DNA of 64,000 nucleotides from the NCBI GenBank assembly GCA_963422645.2, contig CAXXVO010000007.1, positions 352,001-416,000 on the forward strand. The letters are read 5' to 3'. The notes beneath the pieces were generated by a model. It did no database searches, was not told the origin of the DNA, and saw nothing but the letters and a program-made list of their open reading frames with translations. A program made the position numbers and the translations under genes. The stretch's first letter is position 1, and each line of letters starts with the position of its first letter. The stretch is from Alphaproteobacteria bacterium (GTDB lineage: Bacteria > Pseudomonadota > Alphaproteobacteria > UBA828). This document shows, piece by piece, positions 11,859 to 21,025 of this stretch.

Positions 11859-12878
11859 ATGGAACTGGGCATCAGTATCAAGGGAGACCTCGACGTGCGC
11901 CGCACCGTGGCGCTTGCCCATCAAGCCGAGGCCGCAGGCTTCGACTACATGTGGTTCGCGGATTCCCACATTCTGTGGTCCGACGTCTACACCCAGATGG
12001 CGGTCTGCCTGGACCACACGCAGCGTATTCGCGTGGGTCCGCTGGTGACCAACCCCAGGGTGCGCGACTGGTCGGTGGCAGCCAGCATCTTCGCGCGGCT
12101 GGTCCAGTTCGGCGACGGCCGGCTCGACGTGGCGGTGGGCCGCGGCGACAGCTCGGTGCGCGTCATGGGCCAGCGGCCTGCGACGCTCGCCCAGCTCACC
12201 GCCTTCTGCGACGCGCTCCGCACCATGCTGCGGGGCGAGGCCTGCGAGTACGACGGCGCCCACGGGCCGGTCCTCCTCGACTGGGCCGACCCTTACGAGC
12301 TGCCCATCTGGATCGCGGCCTACGGGCCGCGCGCGCTCGCCGCAGCCGGCGCGCACGGGGACGGGCTGGTGATCCAGCTGGCCGATCCGGGGCTCTGCCA
12401 ATGGTTCACCGACCAGGCGCTCGCGGCGCGCAAGGCGGCCGGCCTCGATCCCGCCGGATACCGCGTGCTCTCCTGCGCGCAGGCCTGGATCGGCGACCGC
12501 GAGACCGCCATCGCCCAGACCAGCTGGTTCCCCGCCGTGGTCGGCAACCATGTCGCTGATATCGTGGAGCGCCACGGATCGGGGACGGACCTGGTGCCGG
12601 AGAGCCTGACCGCGTTCATCGCCGCCCGCCAGGGGCGCGGCGCGGACGAAGGCTACGACTACCTCAAGCACGCGGTCGCGGGCTCCGACAACGTGCACTA
12701 CGTCACCGACGCCATCACCGAGTCCTTCTGCCTGATCGGCCCGGCCGAGGCCCATGTGGAGAAGCTCAAGGCGCTGGAGGCCGCAGGCGTCACGCAGTTC
12801 GCGCTCTACCTGATGACGGAAGACCAGGAACGACTGATCGCCGAGTACGCGACCAAGGTGCTGCCTCACTTCCGCTAG
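11859..12878 (+). CDS. LLM-class oxidoreductase (putative F420-dependent, TIGR03842-like)
   Basis: AEAAGFDYMWFADSHILW, GPLVTNPRVRDW, GRGDSSVRVMG, AAYGPRAL, IQLADP, VVGNHVAD. Confidence 0.85.
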   Translation: MELGISIKGDLDVRRTVALAHQAEAAGFDYMWFADSHILWSDVYTQMAVCLDHTQRIRVGPLVTNPRVRDWSVAASIFARLVQFGDGRLDVAVGRGDSSVRVMGQRPATLAQLTAFCDALRTMLRGEACEYDGAHGPVLLDWADPYELPIWIAAYGPRALAAAGAHGDGLVIQLADPGLCQWFTDQALAARKAAGLDPAGYRVLSCAQAWIGDRETAIAQTSWFPAVVGNHVADIVERHGSGTDLVPESLTAFIAARQGRGADEGYDYLKHAVAGSDNVHYVTDAITESFCLIGPAEAHVEKLKALEAAGVTQFALYLMTEDQERLIAEYATKVLPHFR

Positions 12879-12899
12879 CAGAGCGGGGGCGCGCGGACG

Positions 12900-13580
12900 A
12901 TGCTGCGCCACCTGCTCGGCGCGGACGCGACCGCAGAGACCATGCTGGAGGCGATCGCGCGCGATGCGCGGGAGACCGGCGACAACACCGGGCGTCCGGT
13001 CTTCGACGATGCCGTCATGGAGGCCGTGCGCAGGGTGCCGCGCGCCGCTTTCGTGCCCGAGACGGAGCAGCCCTTCGCCTACGAGAACAGGCCGCTTCCC
13101 ATCGGCCACGGCCAGACCATCTCGCAGCCCTTCGTCGTCGCCCTGATGACCGAGCTTCTCGGTGTCGAGCACGGCGCGCGCATCCTGGAGGTCGGCACCG
13201 GCTGCGGCTACCAGACCGCCGTCCTCTGCGCGCTGGGCGCCACCCTATATTCGGTCGAGGTCGTCGAGCCGCTGGCAACCGCCGCTGCGGCGCGCCTCGA
13301 AGCGCTGGGTTACGCGCGGGCCACGGTGCGTGCCGGCGACGGCCACGCAGGCTGGCCGGAGGAGGCGCCCTTCGACGGTATCATCGTCACCGCAGCGGCG
13401 CCTTCGATCCCGCCGGCGCTGGTGGCGCAGCTCAAGCCCGGCGGCTGCCTGGTCATCCCCGTCGGCCGCGCCGCCAAGACCCAGCATCTGCAGCGCATTG
13501 AGAAGCGCGCCGACGGCTCAAGCGAGGCGAAGACGGTGCTGCCGGTGGCCTTCGTCCCGCTGACCCGGGGGCAGGCTTAG
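12900..13580 (+). CDS. pcm: Protein-L-isoaspartate O-methyltransferase
   Basis: PIGHGQTISQPFVVA, LEVGTGCGYQ, APFDGIIVTAA, QLKPGG. Confidence 0.93.
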   Translation: MLRHLLGADATAETMLEAIARDARETGDNTGRPVFDDAVMEAVRRVPRAAFVPETEQPFAYENRPLPIGHGQTISQPFVVALMTELLGVEHGARILEVGTGCGYQTAVLCALGATLYSVEVVEPLATAAAARLEALGYARATVRAGDGHAGWPEEAPFDGIIVTAAAPSIPPALVAQLKPGGCLVIPVGRAAKTQHLQRIEKRADGSSEAKTVLPVAFVPLTRGQA

Positions 13581-14263
13581 GTCCCTGCGAAGGGCTCCAG
13601 GTCGGCCAGGTAGGCGAGCACCCGGTCGAGCGGCTCGACGTCGCAATACTTCATGTCGAGGTCGAAGAGGTTCCACTCGATGGCGGCGGGCACGCGGTCG
13701 CCCACGCATTCACGGACGATGACGGTGCGGAAGCCCTCGCCGAGCGCGTCCTCCACCGTGTGCCTGACGCAGCTCGCCATGGTGACGCCGGTGCAGATCA
13801 ACGTATCGATACCGCCGGCGCGCAGTATTCCGCCGAGGTGGGTGCCGGCGAAGGCGCTCGGCCGCTTCTTCACGATCAGCGTGTCGACGCCTTCCTCCAG
13901 GGGCACGCGGTCGTCGATCTCGGTCGCAGGCGAGCCCAGCATCAGGTCCTCGAAGGGCTTCTTGAGAGGGAAGGCGCCCATGTCGAAGCGGCTGCAAAAC
14001 GCGGTGGTGGTGTAGATGATCGGCACCCGCCTGGCGCGGGCCGCTGCGAGCAGGCGCTGCACGCCGGGAATGATCTGATCGTCCATGTCGTCGCAGGAGA
14101 AACGATGGCCCGGCCGGGTCCAGGCGTTGGCGAGGTCGATGTTGAGGAGCGCGGGCCTCGTGCCGAAGCCCGAGCGCTGGTTCCAGCCGCGGTTCCGGTA
14201 GAGCCCGGAATCGCCGGAGAAGATGGTATCGAGCGCCTCGCGGACCTTGTCGTCCAGCGGCAT
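13577..14263 (-). CDS. Isochorismatase-family cysteine hydrolase, N-carbamoylsarcosine amidase-like (paralog 2)
   Basis: IDLANAWT.PGH.FSC, KKRPSAF, CVRHTVEDA, GDRVP...WNLFD; Asp-Lys-Cys triad intact. Confidence 0.88.
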   Translation of the reverse strand: MPLDDKVREALDTIFSGDSGLYRNRGWNQRSGFGTRPALLNIDLANAWTRPGHRFSCDDMDDQIIPGVQRLLAAARARRVPIIYTTTAFCSRFDMGAFPLKKPFEDLMLGSPATEIDDRVPLEEGVDTLIVKKRPSAFAGTHLGGILRAGGIDTLICTGVTMASCVRHTVEDALGEGFRTVIVRECVGDRVPAAIEWNLFDLDMKYCDVEPLDRVLAYLADLEPFAGT

Positions 14264-14291
14264 TGCCGCCTCCCGTGGAGAGATTTCCGGC

Positions 14292-14978
14292 CTAGCGGTT
14301 GGCGAAGGGCTCCAGGTCGTCGAGGTAGGCCAGCACCCGGTCGAGCGGCTCGACGTCGCAATACTTCATGTCGATGTCGAAGAGGTTCCACTCGACCGCC
14401 GCAGGCACGCGGTCGCCCACGCATTCGCGCACCACGACGGTGCGAAAGCCCTCGCCGAGCGCGTCCTCCACCGTGTGCCTGACGCAGCCGGCCATGGTGA
14501 CGCCGGTGCAGATCAGCGTGTCAATTCCGCCGGCGCGCAGAATGCCGCCGAGGTGGGTGCCGGCGAAGGCGCTCGGCCGTTTCTTCACGATCAGCGTGTC
14601 GACGCCTTCCTCCAGCGGGATGCGGTCGTCGATCTCGCAGGCCGGCGAGCCCAGCATCAGGTCCTCGAAGGGGGTCTTGAGCGGGAAGGCCCCCATGTCG
14701 AAGCGGCTGCAGAAGGCGGTGGTGGTGTAGATGACGGGCACCTGCTTGGCCCTCGCGGCTTCGAGCAGGCGCTGCACCCCGGGAATGACCTGGTCGTCCA
14801 TGTCATTGCAGGAGAAGCGATAGCCCTGGCGGGTCCAGGCGTTGGCGAGGTCGATGTTGAGGATCGCGGGCCGCGTGCCGAAGCCCGAGCGCTGGTTCCA
14901 GCCGCGCTTCTGGTAGAGCCCGGCATCGCCGGAGAAGATCGTGTCCAGCGCCTCGCGGACCTTGTCGTCCAGCGGCAT
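14292..14978 (-). CDS. Isochorismatase-family cysteine hydrolase, N-carbamoylsarcosine amidase-like (paralog 1)
   Basis: Same motifs, 228 aa, about 90% amino-acid identity to the neighbour by manual comparison. Confidence 0.88.
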   Translation of the reverse strand: MPLDDKVREALDTIFSGDAGLYQKRGWNQRSGFGTRPAILNIDLANAWTRQGYRFSCNDMDDQVIPGVQRLLEAARAKQVPVIYTTTAFCSRFDMGAFPLKTPFEDLMLGSPACEIDDRIPLEEGVDTLIVKKRPSAFAGTHLGGILRAGGIDTLICTGVTMAGCVRHTVEDALGEGFRTVVVRECVGDRVPAAVEWNLFDIDMKYCDVEPLDRVLAYLDDLEPFANR

Positions 14979-15015
14979 CGTCGCCTCCCTTGCTGTGCGC
15001 TTCCTGCGGGCCGGG

Positions 15016-16410
15016 CTACGCCAGGGGCGGCTTTCGTTCGGCCCAGGGTGCCGCCTCCTCGAACGCGGCGGCGGCACGCAGAATATCCACCTCGCGGTTG
15101 ATCCCCGCAACCATCTGCAAGCCGACCGGGAGCCCTTCGGCAGTGAAGCCCGCCGGGATCGAGGCCGCCGGCTGGCCGGTCAGGTTGAAGGGATAGGTGT
15201 AGTAGACCCAGGAGACGATGTTGCGAGCCCCGAGCCCCGGCGGCGTGTCGTGACCCACGTCGAAGGCGGCGCAGGGCAGCGTCGGCGAGAGCAGCAGGTC
15301 GTAGCGCTCGAAGAGCTGACGCATCTTCTCGCGAAACTCGTAGCGCGCGAAGACCTGGGTGAAGAACTCCACCATCGAGCGGTCGAGCCCGCCGCTGAGC
15401 GTCGTGACCACGGCAGGGTCCAGCTCCTCCGGCCGCTCCGTCATCAGGCCCTTCAGCTTGGTGCCGATGCCGCCGTAGAACTCCGCCATCCAGGTCTCGA
15501 CCGGGTCTTCGCCGAGCGCGTCTTCGACCAGCTCGACCTCGCACCCCAGCGCCTCGAAGCGCCGGGCCGCGGCCTCGCAGAGCGCGACGATCTCGGGCTC
15601 AGGGTCCGCGTAGCCCAAGGTCGGGCTCCAGGCGATGCGCAGGCCTTTGGCGCCCGCATCGCAGGCGGCGAGGAAGTCGGGCACGGGCTCGGCGACGCCG
15701 AAGGCATCGCGGCGGTCGTGGCCGGCCATGACGCCGAGCAGCAGCGCGGCATCCCGTACCGAGCGCGCGATCGCGCCCACGTGGGCGAGCGTCGGCGCGG
15801 CGGAGACCGGAAACACCGGCACCCGCGCGAACTGCGCCTTGATGCCGAAGAGCCCGCAGAGCGCAGAGGGAATGCGTACGGAGCCGCCGCCATCGGTGCA
15901 GACCGCAAAGGGAGTGAGCCCGGCGGCGACGCTCGCGGCACCGCCCCCGCTGGAGCCGCCGGGCGTCTTCGCCAGGTTCCACGGGTTGCGCGTGATCCCC
16001 GTGAGCGGGCTGTCGCAGACCGCCTTGCAGCCGAACTCGCTGGTGGTGGACTTGCCGACGATGCAGCCGCCGGCCGCCCTCACCCGCTCCACCGCGGGCG
16101 CGTCGAAATCCACCATGTTGTCCGCAAAGGGCCGGGAGCCGAAGGTCCAAGGCACGCCCGCCATCGCCACCAGGTCCTTGACCGAGACCGGGAGGCCCGC
16201 GATCGCGCCCGCCTCACCTGCGGCGATGGCGCGCCCCTGCGCACTCGCTGCCTCCAGCGCCACTTCCGGCGTGCGGGTGACGAAGGCGTTGATCCTGGGC
16301 TCCAATGCCTCCTGCCGGACGAGCGTGTCCTCGACCAGCTCGACCGGCGAGATGTCGCGCGCCGCCAGCAGGCCCTTGAGTTCGATCGCCGTCTTGTACG
16401 CAAAGCTCAT
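15016..16410 (-). CDS. Amidase (amidase signature family)
   Basis: GLPVSVKD, TPGGSSGG, TDGGGSVRIP, FNLTGQPAAS, GLPVGLQ. Confidence 0.93.
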   Translation of the reverse strand: MSFAYKTAIELKGLLAARDISPVELVEDTLVRQEALEPRINAFVTRTPEVALEAASAQGRAIAAGEAGAIAGLPVSVKDLVAMAGVPWTFGSRPFADNMVDFDAPAVERVRAAGGCIVGKSTTSEFGCKAVCDSPLTGITRNPWNLAKTPGGSSGGGAASVAAGLTPFAVCTDGGGSVRIPSALCGLFGIKAQFARVPVFPVSAAPTLAHVGAIARSVRDAALLLGVMAGHDRRDAFGVAEPVPDFLAACDAGAKGLRIAWSPTLGYADPEPEIVALCEAAARRFEALGCEVELVEDALGEDPVETWMAEFYGGIGTKLKGLMTERPEELDPAVVTTLSGGLDRSMVEFFTQVFARYEFREKMRQLFERYDLLLSPTLPCAAFDVGHDTPPGLGARNIVSWVYYTYPFNLTGQPAASIPAGFTAEGLPVGLQMVAGINREVDILRAAAAFEEAAPWAERKPPLA

Positions 16411-16436
16411 GGCTGGCTCCCGCTCGATTGACGCGT

Positions 16437-17525
16437 TCAGATGGCGCCGAGGCCGCGGTCGAGCGTGGTCTCCCGCTTCGCCACGCAGGCCGCGAAGCGC
16501 GCCTCCATCGACGCCCTGTCGAGGCCGCGCCCGATCACCACGATCCGCGTCGCCACCTCGCCGCGCGGCCAGGCCTCGGCGTAGGTCGGCGGGCTGAAGG
16601 TGGCCTCCACGCCCTGGATGATGACCGGCTTTTCGACATTCTGGAAATGCACCATGCCCTTCACGCGGAAGAGGTCCTCGCCCTTCTCCTCCGTGAGATC
16701 CAGGAAGAAGCGGAGCAGGGCATTCCACTCCAGCGGCTCGCGGGTTTGCAGGCAGACCGCGCCGACGCCCGGCGTGTGGACATGATCCTCGTGGGCGTGC
16801 TCATCGGCCCCTTGTTCGGCGGCGTCCGGCCGGTCGGCGCCGATCCAGGCGCCCACCATGTCGTCGCGCCGCTTGGGCTCGAACAGGTCGAGGTCGAGCA
16901 GCCGGTCAACCGGCAGCGCGCCGTGTTCGGTCACCTCCTTGACCGAGAAGGGGCTGAGCTGCTCGACCGCCGCCACGGCATCCGTGAACTCGTCGTCGTC
17001 CACCAGGTCGCGCTTGTTGAAGATCAGCTTGTCGGCGATGGCGATCTGCTTCTGCGCCTCCGGCGAGCGCTCGATCTGGCCCGTCACGTGCTTCAGGTCC
17101 ACCACCGTCAACACTGCATCGAGGCGGAAGGTGAGGTCGAGCTTCATGTCGGTATAGAAGAGCCGGGCCAGCGGCGAGGGGTCTGCGATCCCCGTGGTCT
17201 CGATCACGATCTTGTCGAAGTCCACCCGGGGCTCGGCGAGGCCGATCTTGCGCAGGTAGAGCCGGTTGAGCCCGTCCATCAGGTCGCCCTGCGCGGCGCA
17301 GCAGATGCAGCCGTTGGTGAGCTCCAGCATGTCCTCGTTGGCGCGGGCGATGAGGTCGCCGTCGATACCGATTTCGCCGAACTCGTTGACGATGACCGCG
17401 ATCCTGCCGGCGTCGGGCGCACTCAGCAGGCGGTTGACCAGCGTGGTCTTGCCGGCGCCGAGGAAGCCCGTGAGCAGGGTGATGGGGATGCGCTCGTCGA
17501 CCAAGCGGTCGTCAATGCGGGTCAC
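16437..17525 (-). CDS. CobW/P47K-family (COG0523) metallochaperone GTPase
   Basis: TGFLGAGKTT, NEFGE, GCICC, IETTG, NKRD, RVKG. Confidence 0.92.
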   Translation of the reverse strand: MTRIDDRLVDERIPITLLTGFLGAGKTTLVNRLLSAPDAGRIAVIVNEFGEIGIDGDLIARANEDMLELTNGCICCAAQGDLMDGLNRLYLRKIGLAEPRVDFDKIVIETTGIADPSPLARLFYTDMKLDLTFRLDAVLTVVDLKHVTGQIERSPEAQKQIAIADKLIFNKRDLVDDDEFTDAVAAVEQLSPFSVKEVTEHGALPVDRLLDLDLFEPKRRDDMVGAWIGADRPDAAEQGADEHAHEDHVHTPGVGAVCLQTREPLEWNALLRFFLDLTEEKGEDLFRVKGMVHFQNVEKPVIIQGVEATFSPPTYAEAWPRGEVATRIVVIGRGLDRASMEARFAACVAKRETTLDRGLGAI

Positions 17526-17563
17526 CGGCGTCTCACCCGGCCTCAAGCACGGGCGCTGGCAAC

Positions 17564-18268
17564 CTAGTCGTCGATGATCGCCCAGGCGCGGACCGGCGCG
17601 CCGCTGCCGTTGCCGAGCTTGATCGGCGGCCCGTAGAACATGAACTCGCCCTTGCCGATCAGCTCCTCGAGGTTGATCAGCCACTCGTAGTGGGCGATGC
17701 CGCGGTCGCGGCAGACCCGGTGGTTGGGGAAGAGGTTATCCGACGGCTTGTCGGTGGACGGGCCTTCGACGCCGTGCAGCCTGGAGCCGCGATCCGCGAG
17801 CCAGTGGGTCGCGGCGGCGGTGATACCGGGGTTGCTCCATACCGATTTCACGTCGGGGTAGTGGCGGTTGTGGAGGCCCGTGTTGAGCAGCACGATGTGG
17901 CCGTCCACCTTGACGCCGCCTTTCTCCTCCGCCTCCTCGAAATCGGCCACGTCGATGTCGCCGAGGTCGGGGATATGGGTCAGGTCCCAGCAGACCGACT
18001 TGCCCATGAACATGTCGAGCGGCATCTGGTCCACCGGCGCGCCCTCGGGATTGACGTGATAGAAGGCGTCCACGTGGGTGCCGATATGGTCGATCATGCC
18101 CATGTAGGTGGTCGCGAAGGAGAGCCTGTCGCCCTCGACCCCCAGGACGAACTGCTCGCGGGTCTGCTCGTGGGTGTAGTGGGGCACGATGACGGGGCGC
18201 TGGAACAGCTTGTGCGCCGGCATGTTGTCGGTCAGCGTCAACGTCAGGTCGACCATCCGCTCAGCCAT
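17564..18268 (-). CDS. Cyclase-family metal-dependent hydrolase (kynurenine formamidase/isatin hydrolase fold)
   Basis: HxGTHxD motif (HIGTHVDA), EWLINL, GSGAPVRA. Confidence 0.9.
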   Translation of the reverse strand: MAERMVDLTLTLTDNMPAHKLFQRPVIVPHYTHEQTREQFVLGVEGDRLSFATTYMGMIDHIGTHVDAFYHVNPEGAPVDQMPLDMFMGKSVCWDLTHIPDLGDIDVADFEEAEEKGGVKVDGHIVLLNTGLHNRHYPDVKSVWSNPGITAAATHWLADRGSRLHGVEGPSTDKPSDNLFPNHRVCRDRGIAHYEWLINLEELIGKGEFMFYGPPIKLGNGSGAPVRAWAIIDD

Positions 18269-18410
18269 CCCCGGATCCCCCTCTCGTTCCGCGCTTCCGC
18301 CAGCTTATCAGCGGCGCCGTGTGCGCGCCACATCGCCTCCCGCATCGCGCCTTGTATTTGGCGCGGGCCCGGCTACCCTCGCCATCGGTCGCAGCCGAAG
18401 GGAGCACGTG

Positions 18411-19409
18411 ATGTACAGGACCAGCGACGGGGAGGAGCTGTTCATCGTCGACGGGCACACCCACTTCTGGGATGCCGCGCCGGCCAACCAGCGCAACGTC
18501 CACGGCAAGCAGTTCATCGACTGCTTCTACGCCTACCACAGCGCGCTCAGCCCCGAGCAGGAGGTCTGGCCCAAGGAGAAGTTCGAGAAGTACGACGCGG
18601 AGACGATGGTCCACGACCTCTTCGTCGACGGGCCGGTGGACATGGCGATCATCCAGCCCACCTACCTCAAGGAGTTCTACATCGAGGGCTTCAACACCAC
18701 CGAGCAGAACGCCGTCATCACTGAAGCGCATCCGGACCGCTTCATCCTGAACGGCTCCTTCGATCCGCGCGAGGGCACGGCAGCGCTGGAGCATCTTCAC
18801 GCGCTGAAGGAGGCCTACGGCATCAGGGGCGTGAAGCTCTACACGGCGGAATGGCGCGGCGCATCGCGCGGCTGGCGGCTGAACGACGCCGAGGCCTATC
18901 GCTGCTTCGAGCTCTGCGAGAAGCTCGGCATCACCAACATACACGTCCACAAGGGGCCGACCATCACACCGCTGGCCAAGGACGCCTTCGACTGCCACGA
19001 CGTCGACTACGCCGCGACCGACTTCCCCAATCTCAATTTCATCGTCGAGCATGTCGGCCTGCCGCGCCTCGACGACTTCTGCTGGATCGCCGTACAGGAG
19101 GCGAACGTCTGGGGCGGGCTTGCCGTGGTGATGCCCTTCATGCACGCGCGCCCGCGCTACTTCGCCGAGGTGATCGCGGAGCTCCTCTTCTGGGTCGGCG
19201 AGGACAAGCTCACCTTCGCGAGCGACTACGCCATCTGGACGCCCAAGTGGCTGGTGGAGAAGTTCTGGGCCTTCGAGCTGCCCGATGACATCAAGCAGGA
19301 GCGCGGCGTCGACCTCACGCCCGAGGTGAAGCGGAAGATCCTGGGCCTCAACGCAGCCCGGCTCTACGACATCGACATCGACGCGGCCAAGGCGAAGCTC
19401 TGGAGCTAG
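18411..19409 (+). CDS. Amidohydrolase_2-family protein of the type found in propane monooxygenase clusters
   Basis: VDGHTHFWDA, QFIDCFYAYH, GVKLYTAEW, HVHKGPT, IVEHVGLPRLDDFCWIA, SDYAIW. Confidence 0.85.
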   Translation: MYRTSDGEELFIVDGHTHFWDAAPANQRNVHGKQFIDCFYAYHSALSPEQEVWPKEKFEKYDAETMVHDLFVDGPVDMAIIQPTYLKEFYIEGFNTTEQNAVITEAHPDRFILNGSFDPREGTAALEHLHALKEAYGIRGVKLYTAEWRGASRGWRLNDAEAYRCFELCEKLGITNIHVHKGPTITPLAKDAFDCHDVDYAATDFPNLNFIVEHVGLPRLDDFCWIAVQEANVWGGLAVVMPFMHARPRYFAEVIAELLFWVGEDKLTFASDYAIWTPKWLVEKFWAFELPDDIKQERGVDLTPEVKRKILGLNAARLYDIDIDAAKAKLWS

Positions 19410-19431
19410 GGCTGCGCGGCGGACGCGGACC

Positions 19432-20169
19432 ATGAGTGCGCACGAGGGTGCGGGCGAGGCCGGCCGCGAGGCCGAGGTGCTGGCGTGCCTGGCTGCCGTC
19501 ACCGACCCCGAGCTCGACCAGCCGGTGACCGACTTGAGTTTCGTAGAAGAAGTGACGGTCGGCACGGACGGCACAGTCTCCATCGACTTTCGCCTGCCGA
19601 CCTTCTGGTGCGCCGCGAACTTCGCCTACATGATGGCCGAGGACATGCGCGACGCCGTCGCCGCGCTGCCCTGGGTGGCGCGCGTGGTCCCGCGCCTGCA
19701 GGAGCACATGTGCGCAGACGAGGTCAATCGGGGGGTCGCCGAGGGTCTGGACTTCGGCGCTGCCTTCGGCGAGGCGGGTGACGACGATTCCCTCGCAAGC
19801 CTGCGCACGACCTTTCGGCGCAAGGCGTTTCAGGGGCGGCAGGAGGCCCTTCTGCGCGTCCTGTTGAAGCAGGGCTTCGGCAAGGACGCTCTGGTGGCGA
19901 CGACCGTTGAAGCGCTGGAGCGCACCGTCGTCGCCGGGGCCGAGAGTGCCGGCTTGCAACGCCGCTATCTGGAGATCAGGTCCCGCGTCGGCGGCCCGGC
20001 GGACGCGGACGCGTTGGCCTTCGTCACGGTAGAGGGGGCGCCGCTCACCGAAGCGGGCTTCGACGAGCATCTGCGGACGCTCGCGAGCGTCCGCATCGCA
20101 ATGGAATTCAACGGCGCGCTCTGCCGCGGCCTGCTCGCCGCCCGCGACCGCGCCTCAGGCGCTCCATAA
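19432..20169 (+). CDS. DUF59 / iron-sulfur cluster assembly domain protein
   Basis: VTDPELDQPVTDLSFV, FRLPTFWCAANFAYMM, C-terminal FNGALCRGLL. Confidence 0.85.
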   Translation: MSAHEGAGEAGREAEVLACLAAVTDPELDQPVTDLSFVEEVTVGTDGTVSIDFRLPTFWCAANFAYMMAEDMRDAVAALPWVARVVPRLQEHMCADEVNRGVAEGLDFGAAFGEAGDDDSLASLRTTFRRKAFQGRQEALLRVLLKQGFGKDALVATTVEALERTVVAGAESAGLQRRYLEIRSRVGGPADADALAFVTVEGAPLTEAGFDEHLRTLASVRIAMEFNGALCRGLLAARDRASGAP

Positions 20170-20267
20170 TCTAAGAACCTCGCACGCCAGTGTAGAGGCG
20201 CTGGACAAGGACGCAGTCTTGGTGGCGAGTCGAGGTGCGTCGGTAGCGCGAGGCTGGCCAGCAGACT

Positions 20268-20942
20268 ATGGACAAACTTTTCAAGTACGATCTTCTGCGC
20301 CGTCTACCCGGTTCAATCGGAGCCCGCTATCAATCGAAGTACGCACGATACCATGCGCGGACGAGGGGATTTCCGGAGGCTTTACGCCATTCCCGAGGCA
20401 TGATCTGTATCGATTTAGGTGCAAATGTGGGTGATTACACCAGAATGATGGCGTCGGTTGCCAAACGGGTCATCGCCTTCGAACCTGACCCGTGGACTCT
20501 CGAGGTTCTGCAAGCCAACGTCGCCGATCTCGAAAATGTTAGCATTGAGAACGTGGCAGCAGGCACGCGCGAAGGAAGGGTGATGCTCTATCGTCACGTC
20601 CAGTTCGAGGACAATCCCATTTTGTATTCGGAATCGAGTTCTCTTATCACCAACAAGATCAATGTTTCCGAAGAAGGAGCTGTCGAAGTTCGCCAGATTG
20701 ACTTCATCGGCTATCTCGAGCGCCTCAACGAAGACATCGGCGTAATAAAAGTTGACATCGAGGGCGCAGAAGTCGATTTGCTCGAGGCCTTACTTGATCG
20801 GCCTGACATCATGAAACGCATTGACTATATCTTCGTGGAAACCCATGAGTCGCGAATTCCAGATCATGAGCTTCGCGTGAAATTGCTTCAGGACAGGGTG
20901 CAGGAAATACAACGGCCAAGAATCAACCTGCATTGGTCATGA
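20268..20942 (+). CDS. FkbM-family methyltransferase
   Basis: IDLGANVG, AFEPDP, IKVDIEGAE, ETHE; lower GC than neighbours. Confidence 0.88.
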   Translation: MDKLFKYDLLRRLPGSIGARYQSKYARYHARTRGFPEALRHSRGMICIDLGANVGDYTRMMASVAKRVIAFEPDPWTLEVLQANVADLENVSIENVAAGTREGRVMLYRHVQFEDNPILYSESSSLITNKINVSEEGAVEVRQIDFIGYLERLNEDIGVIKVDIEGAEVDLLEALLDRPDIMKRIDYIFVETHESRIPDHELRVKLLQDRVQEIQRPRINLHWS

Positions 20943-21025
20943 CGAGAAGAGCAAACCGAACAAATTAACTTTGTACCCGCGTCTGAGGCGCTAATAAATT
21001 GCAAATATTATCCTAACAAGATTGC

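Noticed and set aside
20943-21025. Integron attC site between the methyltransferases
   Set aside because: The genes are convergent, there is no proper RYYYAAC...GTTRRRY pairing and no integron integrase.
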